A DNA stretch of 64,000 nt from IMG/VR virus record IMGVR_UViG_3300017989_000063. One strand, 5' to 3'. The notes under the pieces are model-generated. The model saw only the letters and a list, made by a program, of their open reading frames with translations. It was not told the DNA's origin and did not search any database. Below, in pieces: positions 55,194-63,750 of the stretch. The stretch's first letter is position 1, and every line of letters starts with the position of its first letter. Origin of the DNA: an uncultured virus (IMG/VR IMGVR_UViG_3300017989_000063) (Duplodnaviria; Heunggongvirae; Uroviricota; Caudoviricetes). A program made the position numbers and the translations under genes.

Positions 55194-56268
55194 AATCAAA
55201 GGGTTTCAGTTACCCAGAAGCAAGGAGGGTCGGGGTGAAGAACATCTACACCGTCATCATCGAGGACGACAAGCACGGCTTCTTCCACGTCAAGATCGTC
55301 GAGCAGGTCGGTCCCGATGCGGAGCACCAGATCAACCTCAAGGCCGAGGTGCTGCAGGAGGCGGCCCTCGGTATAGGAGACGTGCTCCTGCGGAACGAGG
55401 CTCTCCGACGTAGGGGTGCGGAGGCCGCAGGCGCCCTTTTATTCAAGCGGGGGGTGCAGTGATGGAGCGCACGACCAAAGAGCAAGCCGAGGAGCTGAAG
55501 AGGATTGCGCTGAAGTCCGGCGTGCGCATCGAGCTGCCGGCGAGGGCGCCCAGGATGCAGAACATCCCTATCCGCACCGAGTTGGGTCGGTCCATCAGGC
55601 GGTTGGTGTGCCCACGGATGCAGCTGGACAACTTCCCTTGGGCCGAGATCGAGGAGCGTGCGCTCCGCAACGCCGAGGACCGTGAGCTCTTCATCGCCAT
55701 CTTCGGCAGATTGGAGGATCGGTGATGGATGCTCAGCGCAAGCAGGAGCTGCTCGAGCAGTACCGTGCTCTGTCTCCCGAGAAGAAGGCCAAGTTCTGGG
55801 AGGCCATCTTCGGCACGGACTACATCGACGACATGACCGAGGAGGAGATCGACGAGGAGCTGCGCGCGGCCGGCTACGACCCCGACGAGGTGGCGCGCAA
55901 GGGCAAGGAGCTCGTCGAGCGACTCATCAGCGAGCACCAGGACATCAGTCCCCACATGCTGCCGGATCCGAGAGGTGAGGAATGAAGATGCACATCTGTA
56001 GTTGTGGGAGCTCACTCCTCGTCATGTCTGTAAGAGCAAGCGTGGTCATCAACGGCAGTGGAGACCAGGTCGATGTGGTAGCTGACGGCGTCGGCTATGG
56101 TCCGGAGCCCAAGACCGTAGCCTGCATCACCTGTGGGAGGCGCTGGCCAAACCCACGACTGAATTACGCCCCCGAGCTGGCAGAAGAGCGTTCGTCCATG
56201 GAAAACATCGAGATCCCTCCCTGCCGGGAAGAGGAGCCGATTGGGCTACCAATACCAGGAGGTTGGAA

Positions 56269-56739
56269 ATGAAGAAGGCCATCCCGCTCCACGAGAGCAT
56301 CGAGCACTTCAACGGACCCTTCTCGTTCCTCTCCAACTTCTACCCGGCCGAGGTCCACCTCGACGGCCTGGAGTACCCCACGGTGGAGCACGCGTTCCAG
56401 GCGGCTAAGAGCGTGAGCTTGCAGCATCGGGAGCGTGTGCAGTCGGCGAGCACCCCGGGCAAGGCGAAGCGTCTGGGTCGAGGAGTGAAGCTGCGCCACG
56501 ACTGGGAGGACGTCAAGGTTGCGATCATGGGCGACCTGCTGCGCAGCAAGTTCACCTACCACGAGGACCTCGGCGTGAAGCTGCTGGCGACCGGCGATGC
56601 ACACCTCGTCGAGGGCAACGACTGGGGAGACACCTTCTGGGGCGTGTGCAACGGCGTTGGCGAGAACTGGCTCGGCCAGCTGCTGATGCAGGTGCGCAGG
56701 GAGCTCCAGGAGGACAAGCTCGAGCTGAAGGGAGGCTGA
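56269..56739 (+). CDS. NADAR (YbiA-like) N-glycosidase
   Basis: FLSNFY, PTVEHAFQAAK, AKRLGR, KF, LLATG, EGNDWGDTFWG, GENWLGQLLMQVR. Confidence 0.92.
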   Translation: MKKAIPLHESIEHFNGPFSFLSNFYPAEVHLDGLEYPTVEHAFQAAKSVSLQHRERVQSASTPGKAKRLGRGVKLRHDWEDVKVAIMGDLLRSKFTYHEDLGVKLLATGDAHLVEGNDWGDTFWGVCNGVGENWLGQLLMQVRRELQEDKLELKGG

Positions 56740-57743
56740 CGATGAGCGATGTCCACGTCGGCCTGCGGGCCAAGTTCTTCCACCCCAGGACGCTGGGCGT
56801 GATGCACTGGGGCACCGTGCGCAAGGTGCACAAGAACGGAGACGTGACCGTCCACTTCGAGGTGGACGACCGGCAGTGGCGCACGAAGCCCGACAACATC
56901 TGCGCGGGAGAGGGATGACCATGAAGTCCAAGTGCTGGAAGCACGGCGAGGTCGAGTTCGTCGAGTCGGCCAACTACAACGCCTACTGCCCGCACTGCAT
57001 GACCGAGGCTATGCGGCAGGCGCAGGAGAAGCCCAAGATCAGCGACGAGCGGTTGCGGTGGCTCATCAGCCAGGTCGAGGATTACATGCGCCTCTCGGGA
57101 GGACGAGGGTCACTCAGGATCGCCTGGTCGGACTTGCTCAACTCTCTCGAGGAGCTGCAGCGCAGGCGCTTCGCCGAGGCCATCGGCATTCAGGCCTCGC
57201 AGCCGCTCTCGATGGGTTGTCACGTCGACAAGCCGACCTGCAGCATCTGCGGCGAGCAGTCGGCCGCGGTCGTGTCCGGCAAGGCCGCGGAGACGCCACC
57301 GTCTAAGAGCTACTTGCAGCCGGCCGGATTCATCAGTCAACAGGACGGCCTCGAGGAGGCTGAGAAAGGACCAGAGGATGAGTGAGATGGTAGCAACGGC
57401 GGCATCGAGGCAGAGCCAGGTGAGCGAGGCCCTTGAGCACCTGGGGCACGTCGTCAACGAGCTCGAGGGTGAGGTCGGTGAGGTGGAGGAGCGCTTCAGC
57501 ACCGTGCTGCGGCCGACCAACCCGATGCCCGGGGAGGGCAAGACGCTCAAGGAGGCCGAGGAGCGGGTGAGGCTCGCGGGGGCCATCCAGGAGATGACCG
57601 ACCGGGTCGTGCGCCAGGTGCGCCGGCTGCGGGAGATCCGGGACCGCGCGGAGCTGTGAGTCGGCTGGACCGGCGCCAGCTCGAGGAGTAGAATCGCTCA
57701 ACGGAGGAGAGGCCCGCGCTCTTCTCTTTACCCGGGAGGGTCG

Positions 57744-57950
57744 ATGATCGCCGCACACCGTATCGACGAGGCCCAGGAGGAGCTCATCGACGAGCTTCGC
57801 CAGCGTCGCAGACAGCTCGGGTGGAGCGCGAGGAGGCTGGCCAGGACCGTCGGCGTGCAGCCGAGTACCATCAGCCGCATCGAGCGCAGGGAGCGTGACC
57901 CCTCGCTGCACACCTACCTGAAGCTGCGCCTGGCGCTGGAGGACGGATGA
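57744..57950 (+). CDS. XRE-family HTH protein
   Basis: LRQRRRQLGWSARRLARTVGVQPSTISRIER...PSL. Confidence 0.85.
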   Translation: MIAAHRIDEAQEELIDELRQRRRQLGWSARRLARTVGVQPSTISRIERRERDPSLHTYLKLRLALEDG

Positions 57951-58270
57951 GCTGGCAGGAGCAATGGAAGCGGAAGCTGGGAGACGAGTTCGACCGGCCC
58001 GCGGGAGGCCAATATGGCAGAGATGGTCCTGACGATCGCAGAGGTCACGGTGGGCGCGTCCCTCCTGGTCCTCATCCTCCACGTCCTGTGGAACAGGTAC
58101 AGCCCCCGAGCTCGCCGGCGACGCAGGCTGCAGAAGGCGCTGCAGGAGGCCAGGGAGACGCCGGTCCGCATCCGCAAGGCCCTCGCCAAGCGCAAAGGCG
58201 GCAGAGGCAAGTAGACCCCCGCGTGCTTCGACAGCCGCTACCCGGAGGCGGCCGCGGCTACCAGCTGCCG

Positions 58271-59071
58271 ATGAGGATGCTCGTGCAGACAGCCCGGCCA
58301 GAGGAGAGCCGCGCGCGGACACCGTCGTTCAAGGCCACCGGCGGCGTGTTCCACCGTCCAGGGGAGGTCAGCGCGCGAGCACCGTCGGGTAGGCCCACAT
58401 CCCTCGGCGTCGTGCCCAAGGCAGCCCTCGCAGCCCAGGCCGCACAGGAAGAGCTGGAGGACCAGCAGGAGTGGGAGGAGGACATCCTCGCTGACGATGA
58501 TTCTGGTCACTTTATTGATGAGGATACCGAGTGGGTGGAAGTGGATGACGACTGGGCAGCCAACAATCCTGTTGGAGGGGAGGACGCAGTGAGCACACGA
58601 GGAGAATCCAACAACTCAGTTGGAGGAACGCACCACCAGGACACTGCCCCCCATCGCCCGTTTAATACGAAGCCGCCCGTCACGCTGCGCGTTTCCCTGG
58701 GACACCCTGGGTCAGACGGAGAGCACGAGTTCCCCTGGACCGGCTCTGACCTGCAGAGCTACCTGCGGAGAGTCCGAGGAGGCGTCTCCCTGGCTCTGCG
58801 CGCGAGGATGATGTGCCTCGAGCCGGAGATCCACGGCCCTCTGCGGCTGTACTACTGCCCCAAGCCCGGCGAGGTCATCGTTCTGCAGCCACCGAGGGCG
58901 TCCGTCTCGCACCGGCTGGGCCAGCGCTTCCACCCAGACGCCGAGGTGAGCACGCGGATGCGGGCCACGGCCGTCCAGATAGCCCAGGAGCGGGCTGCAG
59001 GGCGCACAGACCCCGGTACGGAGGCGATGGCGATGCTGGCGCGCAAGCTGCTGGGCGACGCAGGCGAGTAG
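58271..59071 (+). CDS. Hypothetical protein with acidic linker
   Basis: Last + strand ORF; start uncertain. A small TM protein (58014-58214) precedes it. Confidence 0.5.
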   Translation: MRMLVQTARPEESRARTPSFKATGGVFHRPGEVSARAPSGRPTSLGVVPKAALAAQAAQEELEDQQEWEEDILADDDSGHFIDEDTEWVEVDDDWAANNPVGGEDAVSTRGESNNSVGGTHHQDTAPHRPFNTKPPVTLRVSLGHPGSDGEHEFPWTGSDLQSYLRRVRGGVSLALRARMMCLEPEIHGPLRLYYCPKPGEVIVLQPPRASVSHRLGQRFHPDAEVSTRMRATAVQIAQERAAGRTDPGTEAMAMLARKLLGDAGE

Positions 59072-59247
59072 ATCTGCTCATCCCTCGGGATCTCACAGCG
59101 AGTAGGCCTAAAACGCACCGAAGTCGGGTCCCGTACATGGGGACTGTCTTCCATGAGGCCCTGGGGCTGATTTTTTCTGGGTCTGGTTTTAAGCAACCCA
59201 ACACAGTTGTTGTATTCTGCCTACCGCGGGGGTCCCGGGGGAGCGAA

Positions 59248-59769
59248 TCAGGTGACGTTGGCCCAGGTCTGGCCATTCACGGCCATGCGAGCAGTGGACT
59301 CCCCTACCGAGAACGTCTCTGCGAGCCGGCGGATGGTGAATCCCTGCTCTCGCAGCCGGCGCATCAGTCTCACGCGCTCTGGATTGAGCTTCACCGGCCG
59401 GGAGGGGGTGGTCTTCAGCTCTCTCCAAGCGTGCTCGACGTTCTCTGAGTGGGTCAGGTACTCCAGGTTCCACACCTGGTTGTTCTGGGTGTCCCCGTCG
59501 ACGTGGTTGACTTCGAGACCGGACGGTTTCGGACCCAGGAATGCGGCGGTCACCACGTCGGAGACGAGAGTCAGCCGGTACTTCTCGCCGTTGTGCAGCG
59601 GCACCTGCAGGTATCCACGGACTCCGCACGGGTTCTGGGGCACGATGTGCAGCGGAGGGGTCCTCTTCGTGGCATTCAGCCGGCGCACGCGACCATAGCT
59701 GCTCACCTCGTAGAGATCCTCGTACCCGACGGCCGGCCTCCACTCCTCTTCGTAGGTTCCGATCAGCAT
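59248..59769 (-). CDS. NUMOD4-HNH homing endonuclease with C-terminal HTH
   Basis: EEWRPAVGYEDLYEVSSYGRVR (NUMOD4); VNHVDGDTQNNQVWNLEYLTHSENVEHA (HNH). Confidence 0.9.
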   Translation of the reverse strand: MLIGTYEEEWRPAVGYEDLYEVSSYGRVRRLNATKRTPPLHIVPQNPCGVRGYLQVPLHNGEKYRLTLVSDVVTAAFLGPKPSGLEVNHVDGDTQNNQVWNLEYLTHSENVEHAWRELKTTPSRPVKLNPERVRLMRRLREQGFTIRRLAETFSVGESTARMAVNGQTWANVT

Positions 59770-59790
59770 GTTGCTCCTCCTGTGGGAGAA

Positions 59791-59819
59791 ATCCTACTCG
59801 TTTTAAGCGGCCACGTCAA
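59791..59819 (-). promoter_or_regulatory. Sigma70-like promoter for the HNH gene
   Basis: Minus strand TTGACG-N17-TAGGAT followed by AGGAGG RBS. Confidence 0.6.
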
Positions 59820-60008
59820 AGCTCACCTCTTTTGAACAACAATCTTGTTGGATCTGGTTGTGCTCGAGGCCGTGAGAGCGCCGTGGAGCAGTCTGGGGGT
59901 GCGGGAGTGCCTGTCAGGCGGAGATCGGCAGCCCTGGAGGACGTGCGTGGGTCGTTTGAGCCATTTATGAGCCGTTTGGGACGGGCCTGCGGGCGGAACT
60001 CGGGCCGT

Positions 60009-60809
60009 CTACCGGGCCCAGCCCCTGGGCGGCGGGCAGCCGGTGTCCTGGGGGAACGGATCAGGGGTGTGCTCGTGGTGTCGGCGCCGGCTGCTGATGC
60101 GCAGGCCCTTGGAGCGGAGGCCATCCAGGTCGTCGTAGTAGATGATCGCGGCCGCGGCGGGTTGCTCGGTGGCCACCTCGAAGGTCGTGCCCCTCACCTG
60201 GTGGTCCACGCGGTCCCCGAAGCCGGCTCCGAGGTTCTGCTGGGCCTTGCGGCGCCTGGAGGACCGGAGGGGAGAGCCGATGGTGGCGCTCTTCGTCGGG
60301 CTCCTGTCGCAGCACTCCGAGGAGTAGGCCGCGCCGGCGTTGCAGGAGATGGTCTCCCACGGAGAGGGCTCGACATCGACCGCGTGGTGGAAGCACGTCC
60401 GCAGGACGGGGTAGACCTTCTCCTGCCAGACGGTGCAGGCGATGACTCCGCGGTTCTTCTTCCCTCGGCCGGTGCCCTCGGCGTAGGACTTGCCCGCGCC
60501 GGCGAAGAAGAACTCGGCCACGTCCCGGTCGTTCAGCCTCCAGCCGGGGATCACCGCCCGCTCGTGGGGTCCGAGGACGTACCCTGCGCTGTGGTCCCGC
60601 CGGCTGGCGTCCTTGCCGGTCATCGCGGAGATGCCGTCGATGTTCGGGTGGACCAGGATGCGGGCGCCGGTGAGGTTGGTCAGCTCGAGCTCGAACCTCG
60701 AGCCGGCTCGTCCCTCGACGTAGGTGCGGGAGTCCTTGCGGTACTCCTGAATGGGCTGCCCGTTGACCAGGACCTTGAGTTGGAAGAGAGGGGTGGATAC
60801 TTTCATCAT
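60009..60809 (-). CDS. Conserved-looking hypothetical protein
   Basis: GGAG RBS; globular motifs IDGISAMTG, GYVL, IPGWR, SYA, GVI. Confidence 0.7.
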   Translation of the reverse strand: MMKVSTPLFQLKVLVNGQPIQEYRKDSRTYVEGRAGSRFELELTNLTGARILVHPNIDGISAMTGKDASRRDHSAGYVLGPHERAVIPGWRLNDRDVAEFFFAGAGKSYAEGTGRGKKNRGVIACTVWQEKVYPVLRTCFHHAVDVEPSPWETISCNAGAAYSSECCDRSPTKSATIGSPLRSSRRRKAQQNLGAGFGDRVDHQVRGTTFEVATEQPAAAAIIYYDDLDGLRSKGLRISSRRRHHEHTPDPFPQDTGCPPPRGWAR

Positions 60810-60925
60810 GGCTTTCTCCCGGGTCGGTGCGAGTCGTGTTGCTCGGACCGACGCAGTATGGTGCCCCGGGCCTGTCCCGGGGGTCGGTCAGGAGGATAGC
60901 ACAGCGGACGAGGCGACTCCAGGGT

Positions 60926-60964
60926 AAAAGAGAGGGACTGGTATCGGCCAGTACCATCCCCCTC
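60926..60964 (-). terminator. Putative intrinsic terminator
   Basis: Minus strand GAGGGGGATGGTACTGG..CCAGTCCCTCTC followed by TTTT. Confidence 0.4.
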
Positions 60965-61029
60965 AACCCATCTCGCACCTCCTCAGCTACTCCAGCCTGG
61001 CCGATCGGAAAGTTCACCGTGAGGGGACA

Positions 61030-61275
61030 TTATTCCTCATCCTCGTAGGCGCCCTTCCCGCCGTTGACACCGTCCGAGCACTCGACCCGGTAGAGCTCCC
61101 CGCTCTGCTGGTCCTTGAACACCTCGGTCCAGGACATGCCGTAGTATCCGCCGATGGCGTCGGGGCTCGGGTCGCAGCCGCGGTTGCACGGAGGAGCGTC
61201 GACGCGCTCGTCACCTCGGTTCGCCCAGGTCCTCCACGGCAGCCGGTTGACAGCTTCCTCGGTCAGCGTCTCCAT
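61030..61275 (-). CDS. Small hypothetical protein
   Basis: AGGAGG RBS before METLTEE; 81 aa. Confidence 0.6.
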   Translation of the reverse strand: METLTEEAVNRLPWRTWANRGDERVDAPPCNRGCDPSPDAIGGYYGMSWTEVFKDQQSGELYRVECSDGVNGGKGAYEDEE

Positions 61276-61292
61276 CTCGACCTCCTCTTGAG

Positions 61293-61416
61293 AAAAAGGT
61301 GGAGGGACGGGGTCACGGCTTCGAGCCGCTCCCCGCCCTTCTGGCTCAGGAGTGAGGGGCCAGACCCCAACACCCTTCGCCGCGACGGACGCCTCTTGGC
61401 TATCCCGTCCCTCCAC
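61293..61416 (-). ncRNA. Putative structured RNA / 3' end of the array transcript
   Basis: Perfect 13-bp inverted repeat (61299-61311 / 61404-61416) enclosing further hairpins, followed by a U-tract on the minus strand. Confidence 0.4.
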
Positions 61417-61435
61417 AGCACCAGTTGGTCCGCTG

Positions 61436-63203
61436 CCCGGCCCTGACGACCTCACCAGGAGCTGCTACGACCAGCAGAGCCCAGCTTTGCCGCGACGGCC
61501 ACACGGACAGCGTACCACGCACTCGACGGACGCCGGCTTGGCCCGACCCGACGGCCCGGACTAGGCTTCCTCGCCCGGACCACGGCAGACGATGACCGTC
61601 CAAGACGGCCAGACGACGGCGCGAGCAGACCGATGACCGGCCTTGCCTCGACATCCCTCGTTCCAACTCGACTCGACGGCCACAGCAGACCAAGACGCAG
61701 CCAACTCGCGTGTTGACTAGCCCCGCCTACCTCGACGGCCAGAGCAGGCCCAGCCACTCGGCCCTCTGCACTCCTCACGTAGCCTCGACGGCCACAGGAG
61801 ACCCAGAACAACCTCGTTCCGCGGTTGCTCCAGCAGGCCTTGGCGGCCGAGTCCGGCCCTACCAATCCAGCGCCTCGTCACGGCCCGGGAGACCTGGCCG
61901 AGACGGCCCTGCCAAGTTCCCCACGCCATTCCTCATCGAACCAAAACGGCCACTCCACTCATCACTCCCTTCCGAAGCGGCCGTACCGATACCCCGCGCG
62001 GCCTGGACATGCCCGCGGCGCACCGTAACCAGGGGACCTAACCTAGACGGCCGAGTCGTGTACCACCGCAACATGCCGCGATAGACCCATCCCTACCTGG
62101 ACGGCCGAGGCGCACGTTGACGGGTCACGACTCACCCAACCTTGGCGGCCCAGCGATACCGCTGACCTGATTCGCCCGAACTAGTGTTGCCCGAACAGGA
62201 CTTGTCACGACAGGCTCGCCTCGCGGAAGCCTAGACTTCCAAGGTCGCGCCTTCCATGACAGCCAGAACAAGAACCCGGGATGCCGACCGTGCTCCACCT
62301 AGACGGCCCTGCCAAGTCGATGCCATCCATTCCAGGACTCACGTCGGCAGACCGTAACGGGACGGCCGGGACGTGCCGCAGCCCAACTAAGGATAGCTAG
62401 CCCAACCCTGACGGCCAAGACAGCGCCATCCTAAACGGGACTCGTCCCACCGATGTTGACCTAACCGCAACGGCCAAGTCGCGCAATACCTAACCCAGAC
62501 TCGGCCCACCGTAGTAGACCTAACCTCGACGGCCTCACAGCACCAGGTGCAACCAACAGCACGACTCGCGGAAACTCGTCCAACCTAGACGGCCAGACCT
62601 CTCCGCACCAATGCACACAAGTCGTACCATTCCTTGACGGCCTCGACAAAGCTGACCATGCCGACCGGTCCTGGACGCGACTCGTCTTGCCTTGACGGGC
62701 GAGCCTTAACGCGTCCTGCCTCTTCGGACCGTACCTCTCCACTTCTCAACACGACGGCCGCACCATCAACGAGCAGCGCCAGCGACCTGTCTTGCCGAAC
62801 GGTAGCTTGCCTTGACGGCCAAGACCAAGCCCACCATTCCGTACCGCATTCCGAAGCCGCCTCACGCAGCCACGACGGCCGCACCATCCCAGACCTGACA
62901 TGGCTCACTATGCCTGACCTCGACGGCCCCGACCTGCCGTACCCTCCATAACAGGAGCAACCGGAACTCTCCAAGACGGCCCGGCCAAACAGAACCTAGA
63001 CATCCGATTCCTGGACGCGACTCGCCTCGACGGCCACGCCCCCCGCAGCACCTCAACTCAACATTACAAGTTCTACCAAGACGGCCTGGCCGAGCCATAC
63101 CCCGGCGCACCATGATAGTCGATGCCTGACATGACGGCCTAACCATAGCGCGCCTGACCTTGGGAAACCTCACCCCGCCACTGCGCGAAGTACCATGACG
63201 GCC
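61436..63203 (-). repeat. Non-coding array of ~30 units: GGCCGTC anchor + degenerate (GGY-NN)n pentamers; putative guide-RNA array
   Basis: 24 exact GACGGCC (+ strand) and 6 single-mismatch copies between 61494 and 63203; spacings cluster at 43-44, 48-49, 53-56, 58-61 and 64; no credible ORF. Confidence 0.9.
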
Positions 63204-63240
63204 CCACCAATCCGCACCACGTCTTCTGTCTCGGATTGGA

Positions 63241-63750
63241 CTAGAGCGCGTCGATCTCGGCGAAGACGCCGGCGAGCTGCTTCAGGTCCCGGTACTTCTC
63301 TCGGAACGCCTTGAGCTCACGCTTCGCCGTGCGAAGAGCAGCATCTCGCATCTCCGCGTTGCTCATCACCACCTTGGTCGGCGCGGTCACGCGCTCGATG
63401 GTGACGTCCATCGTGTCGGGTTCGGAGGGGTCGGCCTCCTCGAACTCGACGTCGAGGGTGAGGAACGCGCGGATGGGGTGCTGCTCCTCATCGTCGGTCT
63501 CGGGCAGGTAGAGGATGGACCGCAGGACGTACCCAGCCTGGCTGCGCCAGTGGGCCTCGGCGGCCTCCTCCACGGTGCGGTCGAAGATGGCCTGCCCGAG
63601 CGGACTGCGCTTCGCCCGTCGGGCCGCGGTGACCAGAACGTCGGCGCCCGCGTCGCCGTGCTCCTCGTAGAGCTCGAGGATCTGATCGCCGATGGCCTGG
63701 GCGTCGTGGGCCAGCAGCCCGCGCGCCATCTTCTTCCACGAGAAGATCAT
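63241..63750 (-). CDS. Accessory protein between the RAMP-like gene and the array (169 aa)
   Basis: ATG at 63750 overlaps the upstream TGA (ATGA); helical protein MIFSWKK...DAQAIG...AAEAHWRSQA...IRAF...AKRELKAFREKY. Confidence 0.8.
   Translation of the reverse strand: MIFSWKKMARGLLAHDAQAIGDQILELYEEHGDAGADVLVTAARRAKRSPLGQAIFDRTVEEAAEAHWRSQAGYVLRSILYLPETDDEEQHPIRAFLTLDVEFEEADPSEPDTMDVTIERVTAPTKVVMSNAEMRDAALRTAKRELKAFREKYRDLKQLAGVFAEIDAL

Noticed and set aside
11137..59071. Many long minus-strand ORFs (e.g. 18715-20304, 47096-48232)
   Set aside because: Antisense shadows of GC3-rich + strand genes, with no recognisable motifs.
61299..61416. Bona fide tRNA gene
   Set aside because: T-loop reads CTCGAAG rather than TTCRANY, there is no 7-nt anticodon loop and the stems are the wrong length; kept only as a possible structured RNA.
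61400..63173. ORF-track entries inside the array (e.g. 61452-61865, 61710-62084, 62585-62974, 62862-63173)
   Set aside because: Low-complexity Arg/Gly/Ser/Pro translations with frames shifting between units, no convincing RBS, and 5-nt rather than 3-nt periodicity.
61436..63203. Canonical CRISPR array
   Set aside because: The constant part is only ~7 nt, the intervening sequence is itself periodic, unit lengths vary in ~5-nt steps, and no cas1/cas2 is visible.
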